A stretch of 64,000 bases of DNA from NCBI GenBank assembly GCA_043747615.1, contig JAYTOU010000038.1, forward strand, positions 1 to 64,000. The letters are read 5' to 3'. The notes under the pieces are model-generated. The model did no database searches. It saw only the letters and a program-made list of their open reading frames with translations, and was not told the DNA's origin. Shown piece by piece: positions 9,308 to 20,532 of this stretch. Within the stretch, counting starts at the first letter, position 1; each line of letters begins with the position of its first letter. Origin of the DNA: Myxococcales bacterium. Its GTDB lineage: Bacteria > Myxococcota_A > Polyangia > Polyangiales > Polyangiaceae. A program made the position numbers and the translations under genes.

Positions 9308-10650
9308 GCGGCGGAGCGCCTTCGCCGGCTGCGCGCGAGAAGAAGAGCGAAAAGAGAACCGACGACCCCCGCTTCGAACGGCGCCGAGGTGGACGCGCCC
9401 TGACGGCAACTGCAACCGCCGGCGTTTGCGGGAAGACCACCGTCTGCACCAAGACCGCCGTCTGCACCAAGACTGCCGGCGTCGTCGGCGATCCCGCCGT
9501 CCGCGCCTACGCCGCTGCCGCCGTCACCACCGCTGCACGTGCCGCACGATCCGCCGCAGCCATCATCGCCGCACGCTTTTCCGGAGCACTGCGGAGCGCA
9601 GTTGCATCCGGCTCCCGTGGCCGGCCGCGTGCTGTCCCAATCGGCACACGCCCCGGCAGCGCCGATGCCGAGCGAGCCGGTCGTGGGGTAGGTGACGATC
9701 GTGCCGCTCGAGTCCTTGAAGTTGAAAAAGTAGCGATGGCAGCCCGAACCAACGCCGGCGAGCGTTGCTTTGTAGGCTGAGTTTCCTGGCGTGAGGCCAC
9801 GCGTCTTCACCATCGGGGTGCACGTGCCGTCGACGTTCACGAGAGCCTGCGTTGGCCCCGTGCCGCCGGCGACGTACCAGTTGGCCCACGCTTCGACCGA
9901 TGCCGCTTGTCGCGGATAGTGTGAACCTGACGGGATCTTGGGGATCGACGCGCCGGCCGCGGTGAGGTCGCCAACGGAATATTGCCCGTCGACGTCTCCG
10001 AAGCCGATCGCATCTGCGCCTGCGGCCTGTCCGTCGATGAGAGCGTAGCGATGCCCGTTCGTTGGAGGCCCCTGCGCGTACCCGCACGATGTAGTCGTTG
10101 GGTAGCTCTCGAAGAGCCACTGGTAAAAGGCGCCGTCGGGATCGCTCCCCGAAGCCATGATTTCGTAGCGGGGCGAGATCCCGAAGAGCCCCACGCGCTC
10201 GCCGAACGTCGAGCCAACGCAGGGCGTCCCGCACACGGGAGTGCCGAGCATGCATTCGCAGCCGCCCGTGCACGCGCAAACAACGCCGCCCGCGCACGTC
10301 GCCGGGTAGGTGCTGCCGATGTTCGAGGCCACCACGCAATGTGAAGAGTGATCGAGGCCCGGATAACTCTGAAGCGCGGCCTCGTCCGAATGGAACCGCG
10401 CAGCGTGATTTGCCCCTTGGCTCCAGGTGTACGGGGGGAGCGGCACGTAGCAGGTGCTGTCGCCACAGGCCGCCCCACACGCGGTCATCTCGAGCTGAGG
10501 ATCGACGCGGGCGCGGTTCGTCCATTCATGGAGGACGCGCTCGCCCCAGTTGGGGAAGCCTCCTAGTTGCTCACCAACGGCGCGCGCCTCCCCAGCCGCG
10601 AAAAAGAGCACGAGCGGGACGGCGACGCAAAGGACTTTCGGCGTTCTCAT
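9304..10650 (-). CDS. Secreted CAP/SCP-like protein with MYXO-CTERM sorting tail
   Basis: Signal peptide (ARA/V); CAP-like TNRAR, AARFHS and GHR motifs; Cys-rich; tail GGCSC + hydrophobic helix + RSRRRR. Confidence 0.75.
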   Translation of the reverse strand: MRTPKVLCVAVPLVLFFAAGEARAVGEQLGGFPNWGERVLHEWTNRARVDPQLEMTACGAACGDSTCYVPLPPYTWSQGANHAARFHSDEAALQSYPGLDHSSHCVVASNIGSTYPATCAGGVVCACTGGCECMLGTPVCGTPCVGSTFGERVGLFGISPRYEIMASGSDPDGAFYQWLFESYPTTTSCGYAQGPPTNGHRYALIDGQAAGADAIGFGDVDGQYSVGDLTAAGASIPKIPSGSHYPRQAASVEAWANWYVAGGTGPTQALVNVDGTCTPMVKTRGLTPGNSAYKATLAGVGSGCHRYFFNFKDSSGTIVTYPTTGSLGIGAAGACADWDSTRPATGAGCNCAPQCSGKACGDDGCGGSCGTCSGGDGGSGVGADGGIADDAGSLGADGGLGADGGLPANAGGCSCRQGASTSAPFEAGVVGSLFALLLARSRRRRSAA

Positions 10651-10864
10651 GATTCACCAGGGCACGGCGGGTAACCCTATGGTGCCACACATCACGCGCG
10701 ATAGAGGAGCCCGAAACGGACGTGACGATCTTTCGCCGAGAGCGCAGAAATGAGCGCTCCAGCCTGCCGCTTGCACCCGGCCCACTCGAAGCGAGTGACT
10801 GCCTGAGCGTCAGCTCATCGGTTGGCTGATGTGATGCGCTGATCGCTCGGCCCGACGTCGCGAA

Positions 10865-12787
10865 CTACGGCGTCTCTTCGAACTCGGCGTCGATCACGCC
10901 GCCGTCCTTCTTACCGGGTTTGCCTTCGGGGGGCCCTGCGCCGTTGACGTCTTCGGCGTGCTCGCCGGATGCGCCTTCGGAGCCCGCGGCAGCCGCTTGG
11001 TACATCGTCGTTCCGATGCGGTGAGCCTCTTTCTCGAGGCGCTCGGACACGTCTTTGATCTTGTCGTCTTCCTGTTTCTCGACGGCTTCGCGGCCTTCTT
11101 TGATCAGCGCTTCGACAGAGGAAAGGTCCGCTGCCTGGAGCTTGTCCTTGTTCTCGCTCATTGTCTTCTCGAGCGTGTAACAGAGATTGTCGAGCTTGTT
11201 TCGCCGCTCGATCTGCTCACGGCGCTCCTTGTCCTCGGTCTCGTGCTCCGCCGCTTCTTTCACCATGTTCTGGATCTCAGCTTCGGTGATTCCAGAGTTC
11301 GCGGTGATGGTAATCTTCTGATCCTTGCCAGTGGCGGTGTCCTTGGCGTGAACGGAGAGAATTCCGTTCGCGTCGATGTCGAAGGCTACTTCGACCTTCG
11401 GGACGCCGCGCGGCGCGGGCATGATTCCCTCGAGGTGGAACTTTCCGAGCGTGCGATTGTAACGCGCCTCGGTGCGCTCGCCTTGCATGACGTGCACCTC
11501 CACGCTGGGCTGTGAATCGGTCGCCGTCGAGAAGACTTCCTTCTTCTGGGTCGGGATCGTGGTGTTCCTGGGGATCATGACGGTCATCACGCCGCCGAGC
11601 GTTTCCACGCCGAGGGAAAGCGGCGTGACGTCGAGGAGAACCATGTCCTTGACGTCGCCTGACAGAACGCCGGCTTGCACCGCAGCTCCGATGGCCACGA
11701 CCTCGTCCGGGTTTACGCCCTGATGCGGATCTTTTCCAAAGAACTTCTTTACCGCATCTTTGACCATCGGGATGCGGGTCGAGCCGCCTACGAGCACGAC
11801 CTCGGAGATGTCTTTGGCGCTCTTCTTCGCGTCCTGCATCGCCTTCTTGACCGGCTCCATCGTACGCTCGACGAGGCCCGTCATCATCTGCTCGAGCTTC
11901 GAGCGCGAGAGGCGGATGTCCATGTGGACCGGGCCGCTCGACGCGACGGTCAAGAACGGAAGGTTGATGCTCGTCTCTTGAACGCTGGAGAGCTCGATTT
12001 TCGCCTTCTCCGCAGCCTCTTTCAGGCGTTGGAGGGCCATCTTGTCTTTGCTGACGTCGATGCCGGAGCTCTTCTTGAACTCCGCCGCGAGCCAGTCGAT
12101 GACGAGGTTGTCGATGTCGTCGCCGCCGAGGTGCGTGTCCCCGTTGGTGGCGATGACTTGAACGACGTTGTCGCCGACCTCGAGGATCGAGATGTCGAAG
12201 GTGCCGCCGCCGAAGTCGTACACCGCGATGACTTCGTCCGTTTTCTTGTCGAGACCGTACGCGAGCGCCGCTGCCGTGGGCTCGTTGACGATGCGCTTCA
12301 CGTCGAGACCGGCGATGCGACCGGCGTCTTTCGTTCCCTGACGCTGGGCGTCGTTGAAGTAGGCGGGGACGGTGATGACCGCTTCGGTCACCTTCTCGCC
12401 GAGGTAATCCTCCGCCGCTTTTTTCAACTTCTGAAGAACCTTGGCCGCCACCTCTTGCGGGCTGGTGAGCTTGCCGCGGATGTCGAACGCGGAGTCGCCG
12501 TTGGTGGCGCGCTTCACGTGATACGGGACGCGTTTCGTTTCTTCGCCGACCTCTTCGAACCGCCGACCCACGAAGCGCTTGGCGCTGTAGATCGTGTTCT
12601 CGGGGTTGGTGACGGCTTGACGCTTGGCGATCTGACCGACGAGCACTTCGCCCTTGTCGTCCCACGCGACCACGCTCGGCGTGATGCGGGAACCCTCCTC
12701 GTTCACGATCACCTTGGGCTCCCGCCCTTCCATGATTGCGACGACGCTGTTCGTGGTTCCCAGATCGATCCCGATGATTCTGCCCAT
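10865..12787 (-). CDS. dnaK: Chaperone DnaK (Hsp70)
   Basis: [44 protein letters not shown]-terminal DAEFEE. Confidence 0.98.
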   Translation of the reverse strand: MGRIIGIDLGTTNSVVAIMEGREPKVIVNEEGSRITPSVVAWDDKGEVLVGQIAKRQAVTNPENTIYSAKRFVGRRFEEVGEETKRVPYHVKRATNGDSAFDIRGKLTSPQEVAAKVLQKLKKAAEDYLGEKVTEAVITVPAYFNDAQRQGTKDAGRIAGLDVKRIVNEPTAAALAYGLDKKTDEVIAVYDFGGGTFDISILEVGDNVVQVIATNGDTHLGGDDIDNLVIDWLAAEFKKSSGIDVSKDKMALQRLKEAAEKAKIELSSVQETSINLPFLTVASSGPVHMDIRLSRSKLEQMMTGLVERTMEPVKKAMQDAKKSAKDISEVVLVGGSTRIPMVKDAVKKFFGKDPHQGVNPDEVVAIGAAVQAGVLSGDVKDMVLLDVTPLSLGVETLGGVMTVMIPRNTTIPTQKKEVFSTATDSQPSVEVHVMQGERTEARYNRTLGKFHLEGIMPAPRGVPKVEVAFDIDANGILSVHAKDTATGKDQKITITANSGITEAEIQNMVKEAAEHETEDKERREQIERRNKLDNLCYTLEKTMSENKDKLQAADLSSVEALIKEGREAVEKQEDDKIKDVSERLEKEAHRIGTTMYQAAAAGSEGASGEHAEDVNGAGPPEGKPGKKDGGVIDAEFEETP

Positions 12788-12918
12788 GTCCGCCCTCTTC
12801 GCATACCGTTCATCCGCAACGTTAGGGATGAGGCAGGTGAGATTTGTGAAAGGAATCCAGTACCCGACGCGCTCGGATTCCCGAAAGAATCGTCGCGTTC
12901 CGCTGGGTTGGTGCAGGC

Positions 12919-12946
12919 AAACTAATCACATGCGCGAGGACGTCAA
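12919..12946 (-). promoter_or_regulatory. Sigma70-like promoter candidate for dnaK
   Basis: Minus strand TTGACG-N16-TAGTTT, about 130 bp upstream of the dnaK ATG. Confidence 0.45.
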
Positions 12947-13137
12947 CGGCCCCGGCACGATTCATGGTTCAGCATGGATCAGGTTGACAAAGGGCGATGG
13001 CTCAAGCCGTTTGCGGGGGGCCTGGGTCGCTGATAGAGTCCCGCGGACGTGAGTTTTCTGCGTAAAAGCGGTCTTTTTCGCTGCTTTCCGTACAGCCCGC
13101 GCGGTGTCCGAGCGCGTTGAAGCTTTCCGTCTGACTG

Positions 13138-14490
13138 ATGCGCCGACCCCCGAATCTACCCGAGCCGCCCGAACTTCCGTCTTTCCGCGTCGAGAGCGAG
13201 CCCGAAACCGTCGCCCAAATTTCTGAGCGCCACGACGGCACTTTTCTCGTCCGACACGATGCCCCACTCGACGAAAACCTGATCGACGCCGACGCCGCGA
13301 AGGTCGTCCGCAGGCTGGAAAGAGCCAACTTCCAGGCTTACCTCGTCGGAGGGTGCGTCCGCGATCTTTTGCTCCATCGTAAGCCGAAGGATTTCGACAT
13401 CGCGACGAGCGCGCGCCCCGAGGACGTCAAACGCCTCTTCCGGAACTGCCGGGTGATCGGTCGGCGCTTTCGCCTGGCGCACATTCTTTTCGAGCGCGGC
13501 AAGGTGGTCGAGGTAGCGACGTTCCGGCGAAACCCGGCGACCGAGCTCCCCGAAGACGAGAACGCCGTCGTCGACGAAGACATTCTCATTCGCAACGACA
13601 ACGTCTTCGGTGAGGCCCACGAAGACGCGACGCGCCGCGACTTCACCATCAACGCCCTCTTCTATGATCTCGATCGCCGGCAAGTGCTGGACTGGTCGGA
13701 GGGGATGCGCGACATCGAGCGACGAACCATCCACACCATCGGCGATCCCGGCGTCCGTTTCCGCGAGGACCCGATCCGCATTCTTCGCGCCATCAAGTTC
13801 GCGGCCCGCCTCGACCTCGGGATCGATCCCGAGGTGTACGACGCGATGGTGGCCTACCGCGAGAACCTCGCCAAGGCCGCGCGACCCCGTATTTTCGAGG
13901 AGATCCTGCGTCTCCTCCGTGGCGGCGCAGCTCACCGCTCGATGTGGCTCCTCTGGGAAATCGGCGCCATGTCCCTCCTCATTCCGGAGCTTGCCGCGTT
14001 TCTCGACGACGACGAAGCGACCGAAGGCGGCGGTGAACGCTTCTGGCGAAAGATGGACGCCATCGACGCCAAGACAAAAGCGCTCGGACGGCCCCTCGAC
14101 GACGTGGTGCTGTGGACGACGCTGCTGCGCGAGCCGCTCGAAGAAGCGATCATGCACGCCGCCGACAAGGTCGAAGCGGCATTCGAGTTCCTCGATCCGA
14201 TCATCGAACGCATCGCGATGCCGCGCCGCATCGCCGACTCCATGCGGCGAATCGTGGCCATGCAACCACGCCTCATTCAGGGCCGTCCCGGTCGTCTCAC
14301 CCGAGGCGAGCTGATGACGACGGCGCTCGACGTACTTGAAATCGATCTCGTCGCTCGCGGCCAGAGCATCAAGCTCGTCGACGAGATGCGCGCCAATCTC
14401 CCCGAGCCCGAAAGAGACGAGTCTCAGGGTCCCGCCGTCCGTTCGCGCGCACCTCGCCGCGGCCGCCGCCCCGGCAGCTCACGCCGCTAA
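13138..14490 (+). CDS. pcnB: Poly(A) polymerase I
   Basis: VGGCVRD, DFD, PAP-specific [28 protein letters not shown]. Confidence 0.9.
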   Translation: MRRPPNLPEPPELPSFRVESEPETVAQISERHDGTFLVRHDAPLDENLIDADAAKVVRRLERANFQAYLVGGCVRDLLLHRKPKDFDIATSARPEDVKRLFRNCRVIGRRFRLAHILFERGKVVEVATFRRNPATELPEDENAVVDEDILIRNDNVFGEAHEDATRRDFTINALFYDLDRRQVLDWSEGMRDIERRTIHTIGDPGVRFREDPIRILRAIKFAARLDLGIDPEVYDAMVAYRENLAKAARPRIFEEILRLLRGGAAHRSMWLLWEIGAMSLLIPELAAFLDDDEATEGGGERFWRKMDAIDAKTKALGRPLDDVVLWTTLLREPLEEAIMHAADKVEAAFEFLDPIIERIAMPRRIADSMRRIVAMQPRLIQGRPGRLTRGELMTTALDVLEIDLVARGQSIKLVDEMRANLPEPERDESQGPAVRSRAPRRGRRPGSSRR

Positions 14491-16571
14491 AAAGCCGCGA
14501 GCAGGGCCCGGAGCTCCGCGGGATCACTGATCGGGAGCGAGCACGTTCGTTCGCGGCAGACGTACGCCACGGGGACGTCGGTAGCGTCCTTGCCTTCGGC
14601 GAGCACCGCGCAGGCCACGCGTGATTCAGGATCATCCGGGGAAAACCAGGCGATCGTTCGGTTTGGTAGGTAGGCGCGGTAGGCCTCGCGAACGAGGGCG
14701 CGGGTTCGCGGATCTTCCCGATCGCCGACCAGCACCACATCGACGCCGCCGCGCACGAGCCGATCGAGGACGCAAATGGTCTGGCCCATTCCAAATGGAT
14801 TTCCGATGGCAACGGGTGCGAGGAGCTCGAGCGCGCTCTCACCGAGCCGCGTGTACGTGGCGTCGGCGAGCGCCCCCAAGCGCAGAAGAACGTTCGCGGC
14901 GATCGATGCTCCGCTCGGTAGGGCGTGGTCGTAGGGATCCTTGGCGCGGAGGATCAGATCTTCGCCGTCGTCGGCGGTGAAGAAAAATCCGCCATTCGTG
15001 CCGTCGGTGAAATGCGCCACGAGCGCATCAGTGATTCGGCGCGCATCGGCGACGAAGTGCGGCTTGCCGGTGGCCTCGTAGAGGTCGAGAGCGGCGTTGG
15101 CAACGAACGCGTGATCGTCGAGAAATCCAGGCCCTTTTACGATCGATCCTTTTACGTGACGAAGGACGCGGCCATCCGCGGTGACCAGCGTCTTGGCGAT
15201 GAAAGCGTAGGCACGCTCGGCGAGGGCGAGGAGTGCTTCGTCCTCCAAGGTGTGGGACGCTTCGGCGAGCGCACCGATCATCAGCCCGTTCCAGCTCGCG
15301 AGGATCTTCTCGTCGCGGAACGGCTTGACGCGCTTCTCCCTCACGTCGAACAACTTTTTCTTCGCTCCGGAAAGTGCATCCACCACCGCCGAAGGCCCCA
15401 GCCCGAATTTGATCCCGAGCTTGGCCAAGCTCGTGGCCTCGTGGAGGACGGTGCTCCCCGAGTCCTCGAAGTTGCCGTCGTCGGTGACTCCGAAATACGC
15501 GAAGACCATCTTGGTGACAGCGTCGTCGCTGCCGAGCGCGCTAACGATTTCGTCGGGCGACCACACGAAGAATTTTCCTTCGTGCCCTTCGCTGTCGGCG
15601 TCCTGCGTGGCGTAAAACCCCCCTGATTCGTCGGTCATCTCGCGGGCGACATAGGCGGCCGTCTCTCGCGCAGTGTCGGCGAAGAGTACCTCGCCCGTAG
15701 CGCGAAATCCGTCCACGTAGAGGCGAAGGAGGCAGGCGTTGTCGTAGAGCATCTTCTCGAAGTGAGGGACGAGCCACTTTGCGTCGGTCGAGTAGCGGTG
15801 AAACCCGCCGCCGAGGTGATCGTAAATGCCGCCGTGGCGCATGGCCTCGAGCGCTAGCTTCACACGAGACAGCGCGCGCTCGTCTTTGTCTTCCACGCCG
15901 AAGCGGAGGAGGACGTCGAGGCCCATGGTGTTCGGAAATTTGGGACGCGCCCCGAAGCCGCCGTGCTGATCGTCGAAGCGCCCACTCAATTTTCCGGCCG
16001 CGCGCTTCAAGAGATCGGGACCAAGCGCAGGCGACGCCGTCTTGTCGTTGGCTGCCGTCGCTTTGCCGATGGCCATGGTGAGCTCCGCCGCCTGCGTATC
16101 GACCTCGTCGCGCCTGTCGCGGTACGCGTCGGAGATCGCCCGAAGGATCTTCGGAAAGCCAGGGAGGCCGTGCTTGTCGTCCGGCGGAAAATAGGTGCCT
16201 CCGAAGAAAGGTTTCTGGTCGGGAGTGAGAAAAACGGTCAGCGGCCAGCCGCCGCTCCGCCCCATAAGCTGCACCACGAGCTGGTAGATCTGATCGAGAT
16301 CCGGACGCTCCTCGCGATCGACCTTCACGCTCACGAAGTCCTCGTTCATCTGCTTTGCGATCTCGGCGTCCTCGAAGCTCTCGCGCTCCATCACGTGGCA
16401 CCAGTGGCAGGCGGAGTAACCGATGCTGAGGAGGATCGGTTTGTCCTCGCGCTTGGCGAGCTCGAGTGCTTCCGGGCCCCACGGAAGCCAGTTCACCGGG
16501 TTCGACGCATGCTGCTGGAGGTAAGGAGACGCCTCTTGCGCGAGGCGGTTTTTCGGGCGTTCAGCGCTCAT
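14487..16571 (-). CDS. Thioredoxin-domain protein, YyaL/DUF255 family
   Basis: [44 protein letters not shown]. Confidence 0.93.
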   Translation of the reverse strand: MSAERPKNRLAQEASPYLQQHASNPVNWLPWGPEALELAKREDKPILLSIGYSACHWCHVMERESFEDAEIAKQMNEDFVSVKVDREERPDLDQIYQLVVQLMGRSGGWPLTVFLTPDQKPFFGGTYFPPDDKHGLPGFPKILRAISDAYRDRRDEVDTQAAELTMAIGKATAANDKTASPALGPDLLKRAAGKLSGRFDDQHGGFGARPKFPNTMGLDVLLRFGVEDKDERALSRVKLALEAMRHGGIYDHLGGGFHRYSTDAKWLVPHFEKMLYDNACLLRLYVDGFRATGEVLFADTARETAAYVAREMTDESGGFYATQDADSEGHEGKFFVWSPDEIVSALGSDDAVTKMVFAYFGVTDDGNFEDSGSTVLHEATSLAKLGIKFGLGPSAVVDALSGAKKKLFDVREKRVKPFRDEKILASWNGLMIGALAEASHTLEDEALLALAERAYAFIAKTLVTADGRVLRHVKGSIVKGPGFLDDHAFVANAALDLYEATGKPHFVADARRITDALVAHFTDGTNGGFFFTADDGEDLILRAKDPYDHALPSGASIAANVLLRLGALADATYTRLGESALELLAPVAIGNPFGMGQTICVLDRLVRGGVDVVLVGDREDPRTRALVREAYRAYLPNRTIAWFSPDDPESRVACAVLAEGKDATDVPVAYVCRERTCSLPISDPAELRALLAAF

Positions 16572-16684
16572 CGCTGGGACGCTAGCGCATATTGAGAAGA
16601 GGGGCTGCTCCGTTGAGTCGTGCTAAGGATTCTGACGAAGCGGGAGCGGCGCGGAGCCGCTAACCGAACCGAGTAGATGTCTGT

Positions 16685-17287
16685 ATGACGAAGGAGCGCC
16701 CTACTGATCCCGTGTCGCACGCGCGGCGCACACTCCTCGAAGGCGTGGGGGCCGAGGTGGCCGCGAGCTTTCCGAATACCACCCGACTGGGAGGGCAGAT
16801 CGTCGCCGCTCTCTATTTAGCGGACGATCCGCGATCGATGGACGAGCTCGCGCTTGAGCTCGGTCGCTCGAAGAGCAACATCTTCGCGAACCTTCGCGGG
16901 CTCGAGGCCGCGGGCATCGTCGAGCGTCGGCGCGACGCGGGCGCCCGTCACGACATCTACGCCCTCCGCGGCAACTACCCCGACGTGATCATCGGCGCTT
17001 ACCTCGCGCGGCTCCGGCAAGTGATCCGCGAAAAGCGCGCCCTGTCCACGCGCGCCCTCGCCATCCTCGGAAACGCCAAAGGCAAGGAGGCCGACGGTCT
17101 CCGCGCGCGCGCCAAAGATCTCGCACGAAAGTACGATCGCTTTGGAGCGGTGTTCGAGGTGGTCTTGCCGAGCGTGGACGGGCCCATCGACCTCGAAGCC
17201 ATGTTCGACGCCGTGCCCCTATCGGTATTCAAGGTGCTCGCCGCGATCGCGAAGCGGGCGCTCGGAATGCTGCCTAAGCAGCGGTGA
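16685..17287 (+). CDS. GbsR/MarR-family transcriptional regulator
   Basis: Winged HTH: ALYLADDPRSMDELALELGRSKSNIFANLRGLEAAGIV. Confidence 0.8.
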   Translation: MTKERPTDPVSHARRTLLEGVGAEVAASFPNTTRLGGQIVAALYLADDPRSMDELALELGRSKSNIFANLRGLEAAGIVERRRDAGARHDIYALRGNYPDVIIGAYLARLRQVIREKRALSTRALAILGNAKGKEADGLRARAKDLARKYDRFGAVFEVVLPSVDGPIDLEAMFDAVPLSVFKVLAAIAKRALGMLPKQR

Positions 17288-18455
17288 TTTCGACTCTCAA
17301 CAGCTTGCGGCCTATGAAGAGGTAATCGCCATGAGCGAGATCTTTTTCGCCCTTGATGCGGATGTACGTGCCGTTGCGGCTGTTCAAGTCGGTCAGGGCG
17401 AGCTTGCCACCCGTCTCCTCGATCTTGCAGTGCGAGCCGCTCATGTAGAGGTCGGTCGGGAAATTCAGATCGCCGCCTTCGCGCCCAATCTGTAGACCGC
17501 TGCTGCGCGCGCACACCGTCATGCCCACCGCTCCGCCCTGGAGGATCTGCGCGATACGGAAGGGCGTCTGGTGCTTCGGCGAAGAATAGAAATACGTTCC
17601 GTCGGGCGCCGGACCGTCGGTGGCCCTCGGCGTCGCGTCGAGGCGAAAGAGCTGCTCACCGGCAAGAAAATGATCGCCTGGCGAGATGTCGAGCGTGCCG
17701 CGCACTCGCAAAAAGACGCCGTTCAACGAACCTTCGTCTTTCACGACGAGGGTTCCAGAGCGGTAGAAGAGGTTCGCGTGCTTCGGCGAAACGAACGGGT
17801 CGTCCGGGAAGACGAGCTGGCCATTGCGGCCGACGATGTGCTGCTCGGCGTTGAGCTGGTAGCTGAGGCCCTCGACGCCTTCGCCGCGAATGAGAATCAG
17901 CTTCGCCTTGCCCGGCACCTGGAGCTGTCCGAAAAACTGCGTCCGCGCGTTCATGATTTCCGGCGGGACGGCCGCTCCGCAACGCCCGCAAAACTTGTGA
18001 CCCATCGGCACTTGCGTCTGGCACGACTTGCAAATGAAGTTCTTTGCCTGATCCATCAATTCCTCCAGAGACAATCCCGTTAGCGGCCCGGGGGTACGAA
18101 GTTTTTCGACACGCTCGGGGGCGGCGCGCATGGCTTCCGACTGACGGTCGTCGAAACCGCCCGACGAGGACACCGCGGAGCCTTGCTTTTTTCCCGTCGG
18201 CGGTGCTCTCACGGACGTCGGCGGCAGATCCAAGCGCATCGCACCCGAGGACACGCGACGCGGCCGCAGCCGATCGTCGAAGACGCTAGACGCCGGAGGT
18301 GCGTCCACCTGCGCAGGCTTGTGGACGGAGAGCTGCGCGCTGGACGCGGCACGAGGGACGAGCGCGAGCGAGTGGCCGCAGCCTGGGCAAGCGCCGGTCT
18401 TCATGGGGCTGTACCAATCACAGCTCCCGCAGACGATGCCGATCTCGAGCTCCAT
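17274..18455 (-). CDS. Zinc-ribbon protein with two FHA domains
   Basis: CxxC pairs (CGSC/CPGC, CKSC/CGRC); two FHA motif sets GR..S..H..NG; ATG 18455 (alternative TTG 18476). Confidence 0.85.
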   Translation of the reverse strand: MELEIGIVCGSCDWYSPMKTGACPGCGHSLALVPRAASSAQLSVHKPAQVDAPPASSVFDDRLRPRRVSSGAMRLDLPPTSVRAPPTGKKQGSAVSSSGGFDDRQSEAMRAAPERVEKLRTPGPLTGLSLEELMDQAKNFICKSCQTQVPMGHKFCGRCGAAVPPEIMNARTQFFGQLQVPGKAKLILIRGEGVEGLSYQLNAEQHIVGRNGQLVFPDDPFVSPKHANLFYRSGTLVVKDEGSLNGVFLRVRGTLDISPGDHFLAGEQLFRLDATPRATDGPAPDGTYFYSSPKHQTPFRIAQILQGGAVGMTVCARSSGLQIGREGGDLNFPTDLYMSGSHCKIEETGGKLALTDLNSRNGTYIRIKGEKDLAHGDYLFIGRKLLRVEITAA

Positions 18456-18531
18456 CGAAGGGCGGGAGCTTACCAAAACCGCTAGGAAAGTCGGCTTTTC
18501 TTCTCCGGGCCATTTCGAGGGCGCGGCACGC

Positions 18532-19170
18532 CTACCACAGAAAGCTAAAGCGCCGCTTGGGGGAGCTGCTCATCCCCTCCGCGCCCCACATGCGATAGAC
18601 GATGTGCTGGCAGCTCGTGGAGGCCACCTGGCCGAAATCGCGAGAGTCGAGGTGGAGGTGGCGGTTGTCGCTGAGGAGAAAGACGTTGCCGGTCTCGACG
18701 ACGGCGTGGGTCGTTCCCTCCTGATGATCGGGCGCGGCGAGGAATTCGATCTCCGTCCCCGCGAACTCTTGGCGAAGGCACACGAGCTCGAGATCCTGTC
18801 CGGTCGCCGGGACCTTCACCACCACCCGTTGCGGATCGCAATTTCCGGAAGAAGGCTCGTGTCGGTTGTTCACGCTGAGCTTTTCCTCGATGAGATCGAC
18901 CGTGTCGCGGGTGAGGCCGACCACGCGCCCAACGACGTAGCGTCCGGGCGCATCGGGATCCGTGCAGCGCACGAGGGAGCCGAAGCTCGTCGTGGATCGT
19001 CGCGTGACGAGGACCACGTCTCCGGGGGCGAGCGTGGGGAGCCCCGCGACGCCGAGCTGCGGATCATCCGTGGGCACCGTCCAAACGTCGAAGAGCGTTG
19101 CGTAGACGATGAGCCCGATCACGCCGAAAATTCCACCGACCCAAGCCATGATCTTGAACATCAGCCGCAT
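18532..19170 (-). CDS. Signal peptidase I (S26) homologue lacking the catalytic Ser and Lys
   Basis: N-terminal TM; PTLxxGD, RVVGL..D and DNR..DSRDFG boxes present, but AGLPTL replaces SMxPTL and VGRVV replaces IKRVV. Confidence 0.8.
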   Translation of the reverse strand: MRLMFKIMAWVGGIFGVIGLIVYATLFDVWTVPTDDPQLGVAGLPTLAPGDVVLVTRRSTTSFGSLVRCTDPDAPGRYVVGRVVGLTRDTVDLIEEKLSVNNRHEPSSGNCDPQRVVVKVPATGQDLELVCLRQEFAGTEIEFLAAPDHQEGTTHAVVETGNVFLLSDNRHLHLDSRDFGQVASTSCQHIVYRMWGAEGMSSSPKRRFSFLW

Positions 19171-19182
19171 GCGAGGTCCAAG

Positions 19183-20529
19183 CTACGAGTCCGAGCGGTC
19201 GCGCGCAAATCGAGGAAGACGGAAGCCGACCTCTGCGCCGACGACCTTGGCGTGCTCGGTGACGTTCCGCGCGAAGGACTCGCCCCCATGGGCCTCGATG
19301 ATCCGGTGCACGAGGGCCAGGCCGAGTCCCGTGCTGGCGCGATGCGCATGGGCGTCCGGTGACCGTGCCGTGTCGCCGCGCACGAAAGGCTCGAACACCC
19401 GGGGGAGGAGCGCCTCCGAGATGCCTGGGCCTCGGTCGCGAACGCGCACTTCCACGCGCGCGCTCGTGATCGTCACGTGAACCTCCACCGGCTCGCCCGG
19501 CGGATGACCATGCGCGTGCGCATTCTCGATCAGGTTGTGGAGGGCCCGCCCGAGGAGCGCGGGGTCAATGGCGACGGAAGGATCGGCTGCCTCTTGCTTG
19601 GAAGGATCAATCACCAACTCAGGGGAATTTGGCTCTGTTGCGATGCGAGCCCGCAACCAGGGGATCAACGTCGTCGGCTCACGCCGCACATCGGAGAGGC
19701 CGGCGCGAGTCACCGCGAGCAGATCGTCGAGGATGGCGTCCATGCTCACGAGCTGCCTCTCCACGTCGTCGAGGGGGCGGACCATCGCCGGCGTTCCCGG
19801 CGCCGCGGCACGATCGCGCGCAATCTCCAGGGCCACCCGCGCGCGTGCGAGTGGAGAGCGAACCTCGTGACTCACGGCGGCGAGGAGCTCACGCTGGTCG
19901 CGCACGATCCGCTCCACGCGGTCGGCCATGCCATCGAAGGCAATCGCCACGTTCCGCACTTCGTCGCCCGCACCTTCCTTGGGCACGTTAACCCGGGCGG
20001 TGAGATCACCCGACCCGAAACGCTTGGCGGCGCTTTCGACTCGTTCGAGCGGACGCGCGAGCTGTCCTGCCACCCGGTTCGCTCCAAAGCCAATCACGAC
20101 GAGCGCGGCGCCGAGCGCGGCGATGAACCGCCACCACCCCCTATGCAGCACGCCCGCTTCGAACTGAACGGCGCCGACCACCTCGCCCTGACGGACGACC
20201 GGAATGAACGAGCCTTGGGGACCTTCGAGGGCGAGAGGGCCTCCTCGCTTGGCGGCGCGAACCACCCTCCGCGGAATATTTTCGGGATCGCGACGCAGCT
20301 TGAAGTCGACCCCGGTGATCTCCCGCATCTCCCCGACGTACGCCTCGCAGGACTCCGGCTCGTCCCACATGCGCGCAAGACGGCTGGCCATCGTTCGGGC
20401 CATCGCCTGCCCCGACGCGCCCGAGAGCGGAGGCCGCGTGAGGGCCACGGTAACGCTACTCGCCGCCGCCGCAAGGACGATCGCCCCTAAAAACCATAGC
20501 AAAATGCGTGTCCGCAGCTTCATGGTCAC
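19183..20529 (-). CDS. HAMP-domain sensor histidine kinase
   Basis: Two TMs, HAMP, SHEVRSPL, NLIENA, DRGPGI, TGLGL; start 20529 (GTG) or 20523 (ATG). Confidence 0.92.
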   Translation of the reverse strand: MTMKLRTRILLWFLGAIVLAAAASSVTVALTRPPLSGASGQAMARTMASRLARMWDEPESCEAYVGEMREITGVDFKLRRDPENIPRRVVRAAKRGGPLALEGPQGSFIPVVRQGEVVGAVQFEAGVLHRGWWRFIAALGAALVVIGFGANRVAGQLARPLERVESAAKRFGSGDLTARVNVPKEGAGDEVRNVAIAFDGMADRVERIVRDQRELLAAVSHEVRSPLARARVALEIARDRAAAPGTPAMVRPLDDVERQLVSMDAILDDLLAVTRAGLSDVRREPTTLIPWLRARIATEPNSPELVIDPSKQEAADPSVAIDPALLGRALHNLIENAHAHGHPPGEPVEVHVTITSARVEVRVRDRGPGISEALLPRVFEPFVRGDTARSPDAHAHRASTGLGLALVHRIIEAHGGESFARNVTEHAKVVGAEVGFRLPRFARDRSDS

Positions 20530-20532
20530 ACG

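Noticed and set aside
9440..9473. 18-bp-period tandem repeat as a possible CRISPR or VNTR
   Set aside because: Only two copies with no spacers; it encodes the LGADGG linker before the MYXO-CTERM tail
12788..13137. CIRCE element upstream of dnaK
   Set aside because: No TTAGCACTC-N9-GAGTGCTAA match seen; grpE, dnaJ and hrcA are also absent from this locus
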